Virus record (IMG/VR): IMGVR_UViG_3300023174_000293
Coordinates: 1 to 43,173 of that record
Direction: 5' to 3' (one strand)
From: a virus
Taxonomy: Duplodnaviria > Caudoviricetes
Length of the DNA stretch: 43,173 nt
In this document: piece by piece, positions 33,260 to 43,173 of the stretch
Layout of the letters: each line of letters begins with the position of its first letter
Numbering within the stretch: the first letter of the stretch is position 1
The notes under the pieces: model-generated
The model's input: the letters and a program-made list of their open reading frames with translations, nothing else
What the model was told of the DNA's origin: nothing
Database searches by the model: none
Made by a program: the position numbers and the translations under genes

Positions 33260-36200
33260 ATGGCATATCCTTTTCCAACTACAACTGATTATGTAGATCA
33301 GGTAAATAGTTCATCTTATTTTCCTGCTGAAATTTCTTCTTTGATGAAGAAGGTTCCACCGTCACCAGAAAGGTTTTATGGATCACAAATTGATGATTAT
33401 ATTGAATTGTCAGTATTTGATTCTCAAGAAAATCTTAACTTGTGGCAACCTGTATACCAAGATGATACTTATCAATCACGTAATGTTGAATATCAGGATA
33501 TTAAAAATAATACAATTTCGGTAACGTATAATGAATTTATTCCTACGTTTACATTGTATGAAAATGCAAAAATTTTATTGAATCCTCGTTTGGATTTGGC
33601 AATATATGGAATTCAAAATGGTAGTTATCGAGTTGTATACAACTTTTTGTCAAACATTGTGGGTACATATGACAAACAATGTTTGGTTATTAAACAGATT
33701 TCTCCGTCACGAAAAGAAATAAAAACATCATTGATTCTTGAAAAAGAAAATTTCAATGATCAAGATAAGATCGATTTTAAAAGTGAATATGATTGTTATG
33801 TAAGCGGTAAGATTGAAGCAAGAGATATTATTCCATATTTTGAATATTATCTTAAACAAACATATTTGCTTAACTTTGTAAATGTAACTCCTGATGATAT
33901 CTTAAGTACATTTGATAAAGCATATTCTGTAGTTGGTGGTGAAGGGTTATACAAGTTGATGAATGAGATTTATAACGGTTTCATTATTCCATCAAATGCA
34001 ACTAACAGTATATCAAAAGATATTAAATTTATTGGTATTGCCGATTATATCAAAACATTTCTCTATGAAAATTATGCTGAATGTTATTCATATGATCAAT
34101 ATTCACGTATTTTAGATACCATTGTATCTGAAACAATTAAGATACGACTGAAGAACATACATGATATTGATAACAATGATACATTAACATGTTATTCATA
34201 TTTGTACGCAGTTTTCAATCAACAGATTCAACAGTATTTGGCTGATATTAAGATTGAGTATGATAAGAAGTATATTGGTCCGTTAAAAAATTCAATTAAC
34301 TTTGGACAAAATTTAACGATTAAGATTTTGTCATTTAAAGTATTTTCAGACGGAACATTGGTGTTAAAGTTACAAGAACAGTTGCCAAATACGATAGGAA
34401 TTAACAGTACATTTTGGATTACTAATACATCGTTGGCTCCAATCGTACAAAATGTTGTTTTAACAACAACGTCAAAATACAACACCTTTACTATCAAACC
34501 TGCAAATGTTAATTTGAAGGTCAATGATAAAAAGACATCATTGTCTGTAAATTACTCGGAGTCAGATATATCAAAGTCAGAGGATATTGATTTAATTTTA
34601 AAACAAAGATTTTCGACAATTGATGTAGATTATACTAACTTTGAAAACTTTGTAGTGTATTCATCTGCAAAAACTCGTATCATAATATATAAAAATAAGT
34701 TAACGTCGATTAATAATAAACTTGCTTCAATATCATCTTTAAATGCTGCACCTTATTCGGATCAGTACACTGTACAAAAAATTGAAACATTAAATCGGGA
34801 GATTAATGATATTAAATTGTCTTTTGACGGGTATGAATATTATTTGTGGATTAACAGTTTATATAACAATATAAATAGATTTCCACAATCATATGAAGAT
34901 GCGGCTGATGAATATGATAGAAATAACCGTGACAGTTTAATAAATAATTTACCATCTTATTTGTTATCAGATTCACATAACGATGACTTTTTGATTTTCT
35001 TATCAATGATCGGTCATCATTTTGATAACATTTATATTTACATTGATAAATTCCCGATGTTGTCATATAACGTAACGGGAACGGATACTTTCATTCCAAA
35101 TAATATTTTGGATGGTATGTTGGCATCATTTGGATGGAAAATGCAATCGTCAGTAAATGATGTTAACTTGGATAGTAACTATATTGCAGGAACAAATTAT
35201 GCTTCGGTTTCTGATAAAACAAATATCATTAACAATAGAATTTTAAATAGTTTACCTGCGATATTGAAAGCTAAAGGTACAGTTGAGGGCGTTAAATTGT
35301 TGTTGGCGTGTTATGGAGTGCCAACAAATATTATTAACGTTCGTGAATTTGGTGCATATTCAGACGTATCACAATCATTGTACACATTCGATAAACACTC
35401 TTATTTGTTGAATATGTCAACTCAGTCATATGTTTTAACACCGTATACAAGTTCGGTGCAAACAGTTGAATTTAAGTTTGCATTTAGTAACAATTACAGC
35501 AAGACTTATGCTCAACAAAGTCAAATTGATTTATTAAGAAAGTTTCCAGACTCATCCTCACAGTATGATTATAGAATTTATGCCTATAAAGAGTCGTTAA
35601 GTAATAATGGTAAAATTATATTTAAAATTGGTGACTCTGAACTTTCTTCTGACTTATTGCCAATATTTGATGGAAATGTTTATAGTGTTATGGTTCGTAA
35701 AAACGATCCATCATCGTTGTATACTGGTTCATTGGATGTCAATGAAATACCAACGAAATATGATTTATTTGTTGAAATCAATGAAGAAGGTGATAATAGG
35801 TTGCGTTCAATTACATCTGATATATTTGAATATGATCAGAACGTATCATTTACCGATGGAACATTACCGTTTTTAAAATTGGGTTCTACACAATTTAGCG
35901 GATCGATTGATAAATTGAATTTGTGGACGGTTCCTATAACTGACAATAACTTTAAGGAACATGCAAATAACTTCGATTCGTATTATGAATCAAATTATAA
36001 CGATATTAGAAACAATTTATATTTACGTTTAGCTTACAATTATCCTAGATCGTTAAGTACGTCACTTCAAACGTATCAATATGAATCAATCACTGGAACA
36101 TTAACATGTTATCTATATAATATTCCAAGTAAAGATGTTAGTTCGGATACAACATATAGTTCTTTGGAAAATAATCCGGATTTATATGATGACACATTAG

Positions 36201-37546
36201 TTATTCGATCAATGTATTCTGGAAATTACCCAACCAGTTCATTGTATCCATACGCAAATATATGTTTAGGAGAATCATCATCTGCATTTCCTTATAACTT
36301 TATTCAATATAATGTTAATCAATCATATAGATTATCTGGCTATGGTCCAAATCTGTTATGGAACAATAAGATTTCAATTAAAAATCATCAAAATTTATCT
36401 GCTTTAACTCCGTTTGATAAGAGCACATCGTTTGACAATGATACTGATTCTCCTTTAATTGGTGTGTTTATGTCTCCGGTATCTAGTAAGAACGAAGAGA
36501 TTTTAAGATATTTTGGCGATACAAATGTATTGAGTGAGTTGGGAGACCCACGTCAAGAGTTTTCGTCAAGTTACTCACTTCTTGAAGACATGCGTGCAGC
36601 GTATTATTCTTCTGGATCACCAACATACAGTGGACGTATTCTTTATCAAGAATTTACGAGTATTTATAAATTGTATTTTGATTCAAGTATTTTTGAATCA
36701 ATTCGTAATGTTATTGCTGCTCGTAATATTTTGTTGTCGGGTATTTTAATTGAACCAACAATTTTGGAGAGAATTAAATTTCCATCTAAACCAATTGAAG
36801 TTTCTATTAACGAAGAGTCATTTGAATTGACTCATTTGATAAATTCGTGTTCGGCTGCAAATATTACTGTATACAGAAATGATCAAATCCAAACAGAAAA
36901 TTCAAGTTCTTATCAACAGTTTGTGGATAAGAAACCAATCTTAATATTCCCACAGACTGGTTCGTTAATCCTCAATAATAATTTTCAGAATTTTCAAGGA
37001 GGATATTCTTATATTAACGATGTGACATCTTATGAAGAATTGTGGGTAAATAGTGAATTATACACTGGTACTGATTATGGTATTATGTATTTTGATACTA
37101 ATGTTATTAACGGATCATTTGACGCTACCTATAGAAGTAATGATGTATCTGAATCTGTACCACATTTTACTTGGATGATTCCATTTAGTTCATCTGTATC
37201 GGAATATGGAACCAATAATTCTGTCGTGTCTTATACTAAAATTTTAAATAAACTAGTTGTTACACCAAAGAAAACGTATGATTTGTATTCATATACGATA
37301 GGAAATCCATTTCGTGGATCGACACAAAACTTTTTGGGAACTAGACACAATCCGATTCGTTGGGATTTATTTAAGGTAATTGCTAATGATAGTGTTAAAT
37401 ATGGATATTTTGTTAAATCAAAACAAACCAGTAACTATACTGTAGATAGTTGTGGAAATCCAGATAAAAGTTTACCAATAGTAAGTACGGTAATAACCAA
37501 CACATCTGTCTCTACAGGAAATAACGGAGTTTTGACAGTTCAATAA
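33260..37546 (+). CDS. Large baseplate/tail structural protein (gp7-like wedge candidate)
   Basis: 1428 aa; LPAILKAKGTVEGVKLLLACYG tail-P2-I-like motif; GILIEPTILER. Confidence 0.75.
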   Translation: MAYPFPTTTDYVDQVNSSSYFPAEISSLMKKVPPSPERFYGSQIDDYIELSVFDSQENLNLWQPVYQDDTYQSRNVEYQDIKNNTISVTYNEFIPTFTLYENAKILLNPRLDLAIYGIQNGSYRVVYNFLSNIVGTYDKQCLVIKQISPSRKEIKTSLILEKENFNDQDKIDFKSEYDCYVSGKIEARDIIPYFEYYLKQTYLLNFVNVTPDDILSTFDKAYSVVGGEGLYKLMNEIYNGFIIPSNATNSISKDIKFIGIADYIKTFLYENYAECYSYDQYSRILDTIVSETIKIRLKNIHDIDNNDTLTCYSYLYAVFNQQIQQYLADIKIEYDKKYIGPLKNSINFGQNLTIKILSFKVFSDGTLVLKLQEQLPNTIGINSTFWITNTSLAPIVQNVVLTTTSKYNTFTIKPANVNLKVNDKKTSLSVNYSESDISKSEDIDLILKQRFSTIDVDYTNFENFVVYSSAKTRIIIYKNKLTSINNKLASISSLNAAPYSDQYTVQKIETLNREINDIKLSFDGYEYYLWINSLYNNINRFPQSYEDAADEYDRNNRDSLINNLPSYLLSDSHNDDFLIFLSMIGHHFDNIYIYIDKFPMLSYNVTGTDTFIPNNILDGMLASFGWKMQSSVNDVNLDSNYIAGTNYASVSDKTNIINNRILNSLPAILKAKGTVEGVKLLLACYGVPTNIINVREFGAYSDVSQSLYTFDKHSYLLNMSTQSYVLTPYTSSVQTVEFKFAFSNNYSKTYAQQSQIDLLRKFPDSSSQYDYRIYAYKESLSNNGKIIFKIGDSELSSDLLPIFDGNVYSVMVRKNDPSSLYTGSLDVNEIPTKYDLFVEINEEGDNRLRSITSDIFEYDQNVSFTDGTLPFLKLGSTQFSGSIDKLNLWTVPITDNNFKEHANNFDSYYESNYNDIRNNLYLRLAYNYPRSLSTSLQTYQYESITGTLTCYLYNIPSKDVSSDTTYSSLENNPDLYDDTLVIRSMYSGNYPTSSLYPYANICLGESSSAFPYNFIQYNVNQSYRLSGYGPNLLWNNKISIKNHQNLSALTPFDKSTSFDNDTDSPLIGVFMSPVSSKNEEILRYFGDTNVLSELGDPRQEFSSSYSLLEDMRAAYYSSGSPTYSGRILYQEFTSIYKLYFDSSIFESIRNVIAARNILLSGILIEPTILERIKFPSKPIEVSINEESFELTHLINSCSAANITVYRNDQIQTENSSSYQQFVDKKPILIFPQTGSLILNNNFQNFQGGYSYINDVTSYEELWVNSELYTGTDYGIMYFDTNVINGSFDATYRSNDVSESVPHFTWMIPFSSSVSEYGTNNSVVSYTKILNKLVVTPKKTYDLYSYTIGNPFRGSTQNFLGTRHNPIRWDLFKVIANDSVKYGYFVKSKQTSNYTVDSCGNPDKSLPIVSTVITNTSVSTGNNGVLTVQ

Positions 37547-37598
37547 AAAATAATAAACAAAAAGACAGTTAAAACAATACTTATAAACAAACACATAT

Positions 37599-38231
37599 AT
37601 GGCATACGTCGATAACAAATCAATTACTGTGGATGCGGTCCTTACGAAAAGAGGGAGAGAACTTCTTGCTCAGACTGGCAATCTAAATATTACGTCATTT
37701 GCATTGGCAGATGATGAAGTTGACTATAGTTTGTACAATCCAAACCATCCACAGGGTAGTGCATATTATGATATTGCTATTAGAAATACACCTGTATTTC
37801 AACCACTGTCTGATGAAACTCAGTCAATGAAATATAAATTGGTTACTCTCGCACAAGGCGTAACATCAATTCCAGTCATTAGTTTGAATATTCAATCAAT
37901 TGACGTTCAAAAAGATAATAAATCTGATAATGTGATTTCACCAACGACTAATCCAGCATATAACCTTACACTTGGATATACTGCTATTTTGTCTAATAAG
38001 AAAATTGGTACGTTGATCGTTGATCAAACAAATGCTGCAAATACTACTACAAGTACTGTTCCATCGTTTGCCAATGATTTGATTAGTACTAGTTCCCAAG
38101 TGGTTGTTGGTAATCGATTTAAGTTTGTGCCAAATACATCATTAACAGTTACAACATCTGCTACAATTACCGTGGTCGGTAATGAAAGCGGTGGAACGGT
38201 TGTTATCCCTGTTACTGTAAGAATTTCCTAA
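37599..38231 (+). CDS. Baseplate/tail structural protein
   Basis: DAVLTKRGRELLA...ITSFALADDEVDY. Confidence 0.75.
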   Translation: MAYVDNKSITVDAVLTKRGRELLAQTGNLNITSFALADDEVDYSLYNPNHPQGSAYYDIAIRNTPVFQPLSDETQSMKYKLVTLAQGVTSIPVISLNIQSIDVQKDNKSDNVISPTTNPAYNLTLGYTAILSNKKIGTLIVDQTNAANTTTSTVPSFANDLISTSSQVVVGNRFKFVPNTSLTVTTSATITVVGNESGGTVVIPVTVRIS

Positions 38232-38234
38232 CAT

Positions 38235-39491
38235 ATGATCTATAAACAATTTGAACAGTCTGATATTGTCGTAGGAAGATCTACAAAAGTATCAACCGGA
38301 ATTTTCAATAACGGTTCCGTATATCAAGTCCAAAATCAGGTTGCAACAGGTAGTTTGCAAGCAGTAATCTCCGGATCAAATAGATTTGACTTATATAATG
38401 GTTATTACTATTTGGATGTATATCCTAGCGTTTCTGCTACATCAAGTTCTAACGACGTTATTTTAAGTGTTGCTTATGGCAATATTAATGGATTTGGTGT
38501 TAGTTATGATGAATATACAAACATTCAAGCAGCACCTACTAAGGCAATTTATACACAATATGTAAATTCTCTTAATAATGGTGAAACTTTTTCAGTGAAG
38601 TCACAAGCTATTGGTTCAACTACGGTTTCTAGTGTATCGTTAAGTACAGACTTTATTGTTTTATCTTATAATTCTCAAAAGATTAGAGATGGAATTGATG
38701 CTGGACAATTTCAAATAACTTTGGAAAATGATGTAAGCGGTCAGTATGTTCGTTTGATTGATGATTCTAGTATTACAAATCAAAGTAGTGGTTCATCTAC
38801 ATATTACAATTTGATTTTAGGTAATTATGACGAAACTACCGGAGAAGCAACATACAATGATTATTCAGGTAATGCAACCGGATTGTTAACTGGAACATCA
38901 AATTACACCGGCGCAAAATCAGTTGCACAATATCATCCAAACACTGGAGTAGGTATTATATTTCCAAAATCGGGTACAGTGGTTTTGAATTGTGAGTTTT
39001 TAAATAATGTTTTGATGACTTCCGCTGGAGGAGGAGATGCTTCCTCTAATGCAAACATTACTATTCCGTCTGTAAATACACTTAATAACGCAAGAACAAA
39101 TGCACCTGCGTCTGGTACATATTTGAACAACCAGTTGTTTAAAGAAGCTGTATATAATGCTATTAGAGCGTCTGATGACAATATGAGACTTAGACGAAGC
39201 GAGTATGTACCATCTAGACATTATTTTGTACGTGTTAAAAACCGTGATTTTAACTATACCAATAATCCTACGTTCTCATATCAAACATCGGTACAAGATC
39301 CTGTAACATTAGAGATTCATCAACGTGGTGATATCAAGCAAACAGACTTTTTGACTGATCCGAAGGTTTATCCTACATCTGTTGGCTTGTACAATGGAAA
39401 TAACGAGTTGGTTGCAATCGCCAAATTAAGTAGACCTTCTCAAAAGACATTTTCAAATGAACTTTTGGTTAAAGTACGACTTGATTTTTAA
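38235..39491 (+). CDS. Tail/baseplate structural protein
   Basis: C-terminal FNYTNNPTF...VGLYNGNNELVAIAKLSRP..K...VRLDF. Confidence 0.75.
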   Translation: MIYKQFEQSDIVVGRSTKVSTGIFNNGSVYQVQNQVATGSLQAVISGSNRFDLYNGYYYLDVYPSVSATSSSNDVILSVAYGNINGFGVSYDEYTNIQAAPTKAIYTQYVNSLNNGETFSVKSQAIGSTTVSSVSLSTDFIVLSYNSQKIRDGIDAGQFQITLENDVSGQYVRLIDDSSITNQSSGSSTYYNLILGNYDETTGEATYNDYSGNATGLLTGTSNYTGAKSVAQYHPNTGVGIIFPKSGTVVLNCEFLNNVLMTSAGGGDASSNANITIPSVNTLNNARTNAPASGTYLNNQLFKEAVYNAIRASDDNMRLRRSEYVPSRHYFVRVKNRDFNYTNNPTFSYQTSVQDPVTLEIHQRGDIKQTDFLTDPKVYPTSVGLYNGNNELVAIAKLSRPSQKTFSNELLVKVRLDF

Positions 39492-39557
39492 TCGTTTAAT
39501 CTAAAATCCAATCGGATTGTGATCAAATCTATTGTTGGATTATACTTATAATAGAAG

Positions 39558-40046
39558 ATGATCAAGCCCATTCAAACGAATGAAATATTTAATACGCCGT
39601 TTGTATCAAACAAATCGTGGTCACTGAATTCAATCAGTTCGGTCCAAACGGTGGAAGAGGGATATTTTGTAAGCAGCAGTTACAACTTTTATGATTCAGC
39701 ATCAGCTGCGTTGTATGGTGTCACTGCAGACGAACAAAATGAAAATGGCACATATAAACGGTTGGTGTATCAGGTGGTTAAAAACGCATATTACAATGAT
39801 AATATTGCACAAAATTTTGGATTAGAAACTACTGATACCGATAAGGTTATTAAGATTCTTCAGAATAGTTGTATTAGAATAACATTGCCAAGAATTTATT
39901 TTGGTGATTCTATTTTAAGAGATTCAGTTGTGATTGTTGATTATTCGAAGGATAAAGTCTATACATTTTTTGATGATACCTACGGAAACTTATATGTAGA
40001 TGGTACACATTTCATCAATTATGTGGATTTAACTTCAGCATTGTGA
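39558..40046 (+). CDS. Structural protein
   Basis: I.LPRIYFGDSI...DDTYGNLY; operon position. Confidence 0.7.
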   Translation: MIKPIQTNEIFNTPFVSNKSWSLNSISSVQTVEEGYFVSSSYNFYDSASAALYGVTADEQNENGTYKRLVYQVVKNAYYNDNIAQNFGLETTDTDKVIKILQNSCIRITLPRIYFGDSILRDSVVIVDYSKDKVYTFFDDTYGNLYVDGTHFINYVDLTSAL

Positions 40047-40054
40047 ATTGATTT

Positions 40055-42400
40055 ATGAATAATGGAACGATTGGACCTGTAACACTATTTGGATATAAGG
40101 TAGAAGCCCATGGTAAATTTGCAGCTATAGGAAATCCAAATCCACAATATGCATCTCAAGAGGGTACGGGTAGTATTGATCTTTATCGATTTAATGCTTC
40201 ACAAGGGATTTATACTTATTATGGAACTGCACAGTCTATGAAGGCGTATGGTACGTCTGGTACAGGAGGCACAGGTGGTAGTGGTGGTAGTGGTGGAACG
40301 AGCGGTAATGTTATTAAAGATGGATATGGATTGTCATTTGATTTGTATAACAATATTTTTGTGGTCGGTGATGAATATTTTAGTGGATCGTATGATGGTA
40401 CGTCATATTCACATAATAGTTTAACAGATGTATATTTATTGAATCCATCATCATCGGTTGCGTATTCTTTGTCGGCATCATTGTTGAGTGTATCAAAGAT
40501 AGTATCTCCCATAAACACATCATACAATACATTTGGACATTCCGTTGCGGTTAATAAAAATTATATTGCAATAAGTGCAAATGCATATGATCGTGTATAC
40601 TTTTATAGTTACACTACGGGATCTAATAGTGTATCAATTCCAGCATCACCAACCACATATATTACTTCTCCTACAGTAGGAAATAGTTTTGGATCTATAG
40701 TTCGAATTGATAAATCAGGAACAAATTCAGTTTTGGTTTCTGAAGATGTTTCTATAGAAAACCCCAAAGTATATTTGTATGAAAGTGCGTCAGGTGGTTG
40801 GTCATTAACACATACGTTTTCATCTATTACCGGTTCTCAAAAAGTTCCATTTGACGATGTTAATTCTTATAATTATGTCAAAAAGTCATATGATGGGTTT
40901 GGTTCGGATATTCAAATTAATGGTGATACAATTGTAATTGGTGCTCCATATGATGCCAGTTATTATGAATTCAGTGGATCCACAACACAGTATGATAGAG
41001 GCGCTGTATATATCTATAAAAAGACAGAATGTCCAGTAAACACACCTGAAGCAAATGGAATTTATGCTGATAGTGGACAAGTATATTGGGATTTGGTTGA
41101 GAAGTATATTGGTGATGTAAACACAATTAAACAGAATAAACTAGGAATTTCTGTTGATACATTTAACAACAATATTATTGTAGGGTGTGTATCATCAAGC
41201 AATGACTTGGCGGTTAAAGCCAACATATCTAGTTCTATTAGTCAATCATATGATGATACGCATGTCTTAAATGGACAGTTTATTTTGTTAGAGAGGACTG
41301 GATCATCTGTTATACCTGTGACTTATGATTACAAAAAGAAATCAATTGGATATCCATACATGTCATATGGATATGATGTAGCTATTAGTGATACCGGGAT
41401 TGTGATTGGATCGCCGTTGATTTTGACAGACTTTACTTCAAGTAATTCGTTTGTGGTGACACCACTTGTACCACAATCTGTATTACAAAACATGAAAGGA
41501 CATGCATATATTTCTACATTGAGTTCATTGAGAACAGATTATCATGCTGGAAATATTTTTTACAAGAATGGTGAAATTGTTTTTTCAAATACCGGATCCC
41601 AATTTACAAATGTGTTGTCTACAAACGATACTTACGAGTACAAATACACCATAGATTATAGTAGCAAATATACAATTAATGAAAAATCCGTGATTTGTGT
41701 AGTTGACTCTGGTGAATTTAATGTTAGTACCAATCCAACTGCATTGAATGTTACTAACCCACCATTTAACTTGTTGGGTAGCGGAGATGTTGATTTTAGA
41801 GATATTAATTTGATTTTATTGTACATCGTTGATATCAATACACCGGGAAATCCAAATTTTGATCAAGATTCTACTTTCTGGGACGAATATGTTATTGAAT
41901 CTGATTCGGAACGTAGTTTGTTTGAATACTATACAACATATTATGAATATGGTCAATATACATTAAAACAACAATATGCTACGTTTAAACCAACATTATT
42001 CAGATTGGAGTCACAATTTGATTTTGATGGCGATGGAAAAGTTTCTATTCAGGATGCAAAGATCTTGTGGAAGTTCTTTATTGGATCGTTGGGTATTAAT
42101 GATTATACTCGACTAATCAATCCATTTTCAACACGTAAGACTCTTTCTGACGTTGTTGCATATATTACTTCAAAAACATCAAAATATACGAATACAAATG
42201 GAATTCCAACGGTTAAACCAGATTTCTTAAATTATCAAGATAGTGCATCTTTGGATGTCACCGGTTCATATTTAGCACCATACATTACAACTATTGGTTT
42301 ATATACAGGATCAGATCTTGTAGCCGTAGCTAAGTTATCATCTCCAATCAAAAACAGTGGTGAATACCCACTAAATTTTTTGATTAAATGGGATGTATAA
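40055..42400 (+). CDS. FG-GAP/beta-propeller tail protein with a dockerin/EF-hand-like motif
   Basis: Repeated FG.SV/IVIGAP blades; DFDGDGKVSIQDA; C-terminus paralogous to 38235-39491. Confidence 0.75.
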   Translation: MNNGTIGPVTLFGYKVEAHGKFAAIGNPNPQYASQEGTGSIDLYRFNASQGIYTYYGTAQSMKAYGTSGTGGTGGSGGSGGTSGNVIKDGYGLSFDLYNNIFVVGDEYFSGSYDGTSYSHNSLTDVYLLNPSSSVAYSLSASLLSVSKIVSPINTSYNTFGHSVAVNKNYIAISANAYDRVYFYSYTTGSNSVSIPASPTTYITSPTVGNSFGSIVRIDKSGTNSVLVSEDVSIENPKVYLYESASGGWSLTHTFSSITGSQKVPFDDVNSYNYVKKSYDGFGSDIQINGDTIVIGAPYDASYYEFSGSTTQYDRGAVYIYKKTECPVNTPEANGIYADSGQVYWDLVEKYIGDVNTIKQNKLGISVDTFNNNIIVGCVSSSNDLAVKANISSSISQSYDDTHVLNGQFILLERTGSSVIPVTYDYKKKSIGYPYMSYGYDVAISDTGIVIGSPLILTDFTSSNSFVVTPLVPQSVLQNMKGHAYISTLSSLRTDYHAGNIFYKNGEIVFSNTGSQFTNVLSTNDTYEYKYTIDYSSKYTINEKSVICVVDSGEFNVSTNPTALNVTNPPFNLLGSGDVDFRDINLILLYIVDINTPGNPNFDQDSTFWDEYVIESDSERSLFEYYTTYYEYGQYTLKQQYATFKPTLFRLESQFDFDGDGKVSIQDAKILWKFFIGSLGINDYTRLINPFSTRKTLSDVVAYITSKTSKYTNTNGIPTVKPDFLNYQDSASLDVTGSYLAPYITTIGLYTGSDLVAVAKLSSPIKNSGEYPLNFLIKWDV

Positions 42401-42429
42401 ACATATTTATAGTAAACATATATTAAATT

Positions 42430-42711
42430 ATGGCAAATTCAATTGAAAGAACGTCATTAACCAAAAATCTTGAATCAAGATATTCTTCAGACCGTACTGG
42501 TGGTGCGTTTGATGCAAAGAAAGCTGGTACAAACACCATGATTCAGGGTGTACAATCACCATATGGTTACACTCAATTGTCAAAGACTTTAACCATTGAA
42601 CCGGGATTTACTACGGGTATGAACACAAGTCGTCGTGAAAATTTCACTGATAAAGCTTTGAATACATCGGGATTGTATCGTGTTGGTAATACCAATAGAT
42701 ACCGTCCATAA
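42430..42711 (+). CDS. Hypothetical protein
   Basis: 93-aa ORF after an ATATTTATA motif. Confidence 0.7.
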   Translation: MANSIERTSLTKNLESRYSSDRTGGAFDAKKAGTNTMIQGVQSPYGYTQLSKTLTIEPGFTTGMNTSRRENFTDKALNTSGLYRVGNTNRYRP

Positions 42712-42728
42712 AAATAAATAAATAAGTT

Positions 42729-43173
42729 ATGACATTAGGATTAGATGCTAGTACATCTACCGTTGGATGGGCGTTTTCAGAAGATGGTAAGATCGTTAGT
42801 GCTGGATTTTTAGACATATCACATTTAGAGACTTCCAAAGAGAAGTCTTTTTTTGTTTTAAAGTTTTTGGAATCAACCAAATATTACGATAGTATCAAAT
42901 CAGTTAATATGGAAGCCGCATTGAGCGGGTTTATGGGTGGTCGTACTACGCAACAAACCATCATCAAATTGGCAAGATTCAACGCCGTTTTTGAGTATAT
43001 TCTTTCTGAAAAGATGGATGTTAAAATTAATCTGTGTAATGTGAACACCATGCGTAAACAACTGTTTGGTAAGGCGAGAGTCAAAGGAATGAAGTCTAAA
43101 GAGTTTGTTAAAGCCAACATTGTCAATTTCTTGGATGTTGACAAATATGACAAAAAAAAGAAAAAGGGAAGTT
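42729..43173 (+). CDS. RuvC-like Holliday junction resolvase (3' end outside the window)
   Basis: Hand translation MTLGLDASTSTVGWAF...VNMEAALSGF...LARFNA...NTMRKQLFG; open to the window end. Confidence 0.75.
   Translation, partial: MTLGLDASTSTVGWAFSEDGKIVSAGFLDISHLETSKEKSFFVLKFLESTKYYDSIKSVNMEAALSGFMGGRTTQQTIIKLARFNAVFEYILSEKMDVKINLCNVNTMRKQLFGKARVKGMKSKEFVKANIVNFLDVDKYDKKKKKGS

Noticed and set aside
40248-40308. GGT-rich tandem repeat
   Set aside because: It encodes an ordinary Gly/Ser/Thr linker (GTSGTGGTGGSGGSGGTSG)
20000-43153. Antisense and out-of-frame ORFs nested in long genes, including 42644-42880 and 42884-43153 on the - strand
   Set aside because: They are shadows of well-supported + strand genes; the final region is better explained by the + strand RuvC-like gene

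Overview
AT-rich fragment of a large tailed (myovirus-like, probably jumbo) phage genome, almost all on the + strand. Positions 1-16 kb hold 32 tRNA genes covering all 20 amino acids in two blocks: block 1 (327-9110, 20 tRNAs, including tRNA-Leu(UAA) with a group I intron) and block 2 (12222-15969, 12 tRNAs). They are interleaved with five free-standing HNH/PD-(D/E)xK endonuclease genes, many tRNA-like or structured ncRNAs, glycan-modifying genes and an outer-membrane beta-barrel gene. Positions 16-25 kb carry accessory genes (PhoH, HD hydrolase, GlcNAc transferase, Hsp20, a gp55-like sigma factor). Positions 25-42.7 kb are a baseplate/tail module, followed by a RuvC-like gene cut by the window end. 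Main discovery: each tRNA block is preceded by a short leader ORF and mutually exclusive antiterminator/terminator hairpins, and each leader's codons match the tRNAs of its own downstream block (NIKRWNTFTRDCECVDG for block 1; MNISSVQSSVANGQPSPSLLPSAS for block 2). This looks like a ribosome-stalling attenuator that switches on phage tRNA supply when the matching tRNAs run short. Twelve tRNAs also carry a co-varying, non-canonical D/T-loop elbow. All calls were made by eye; no searches or folding programs were run.
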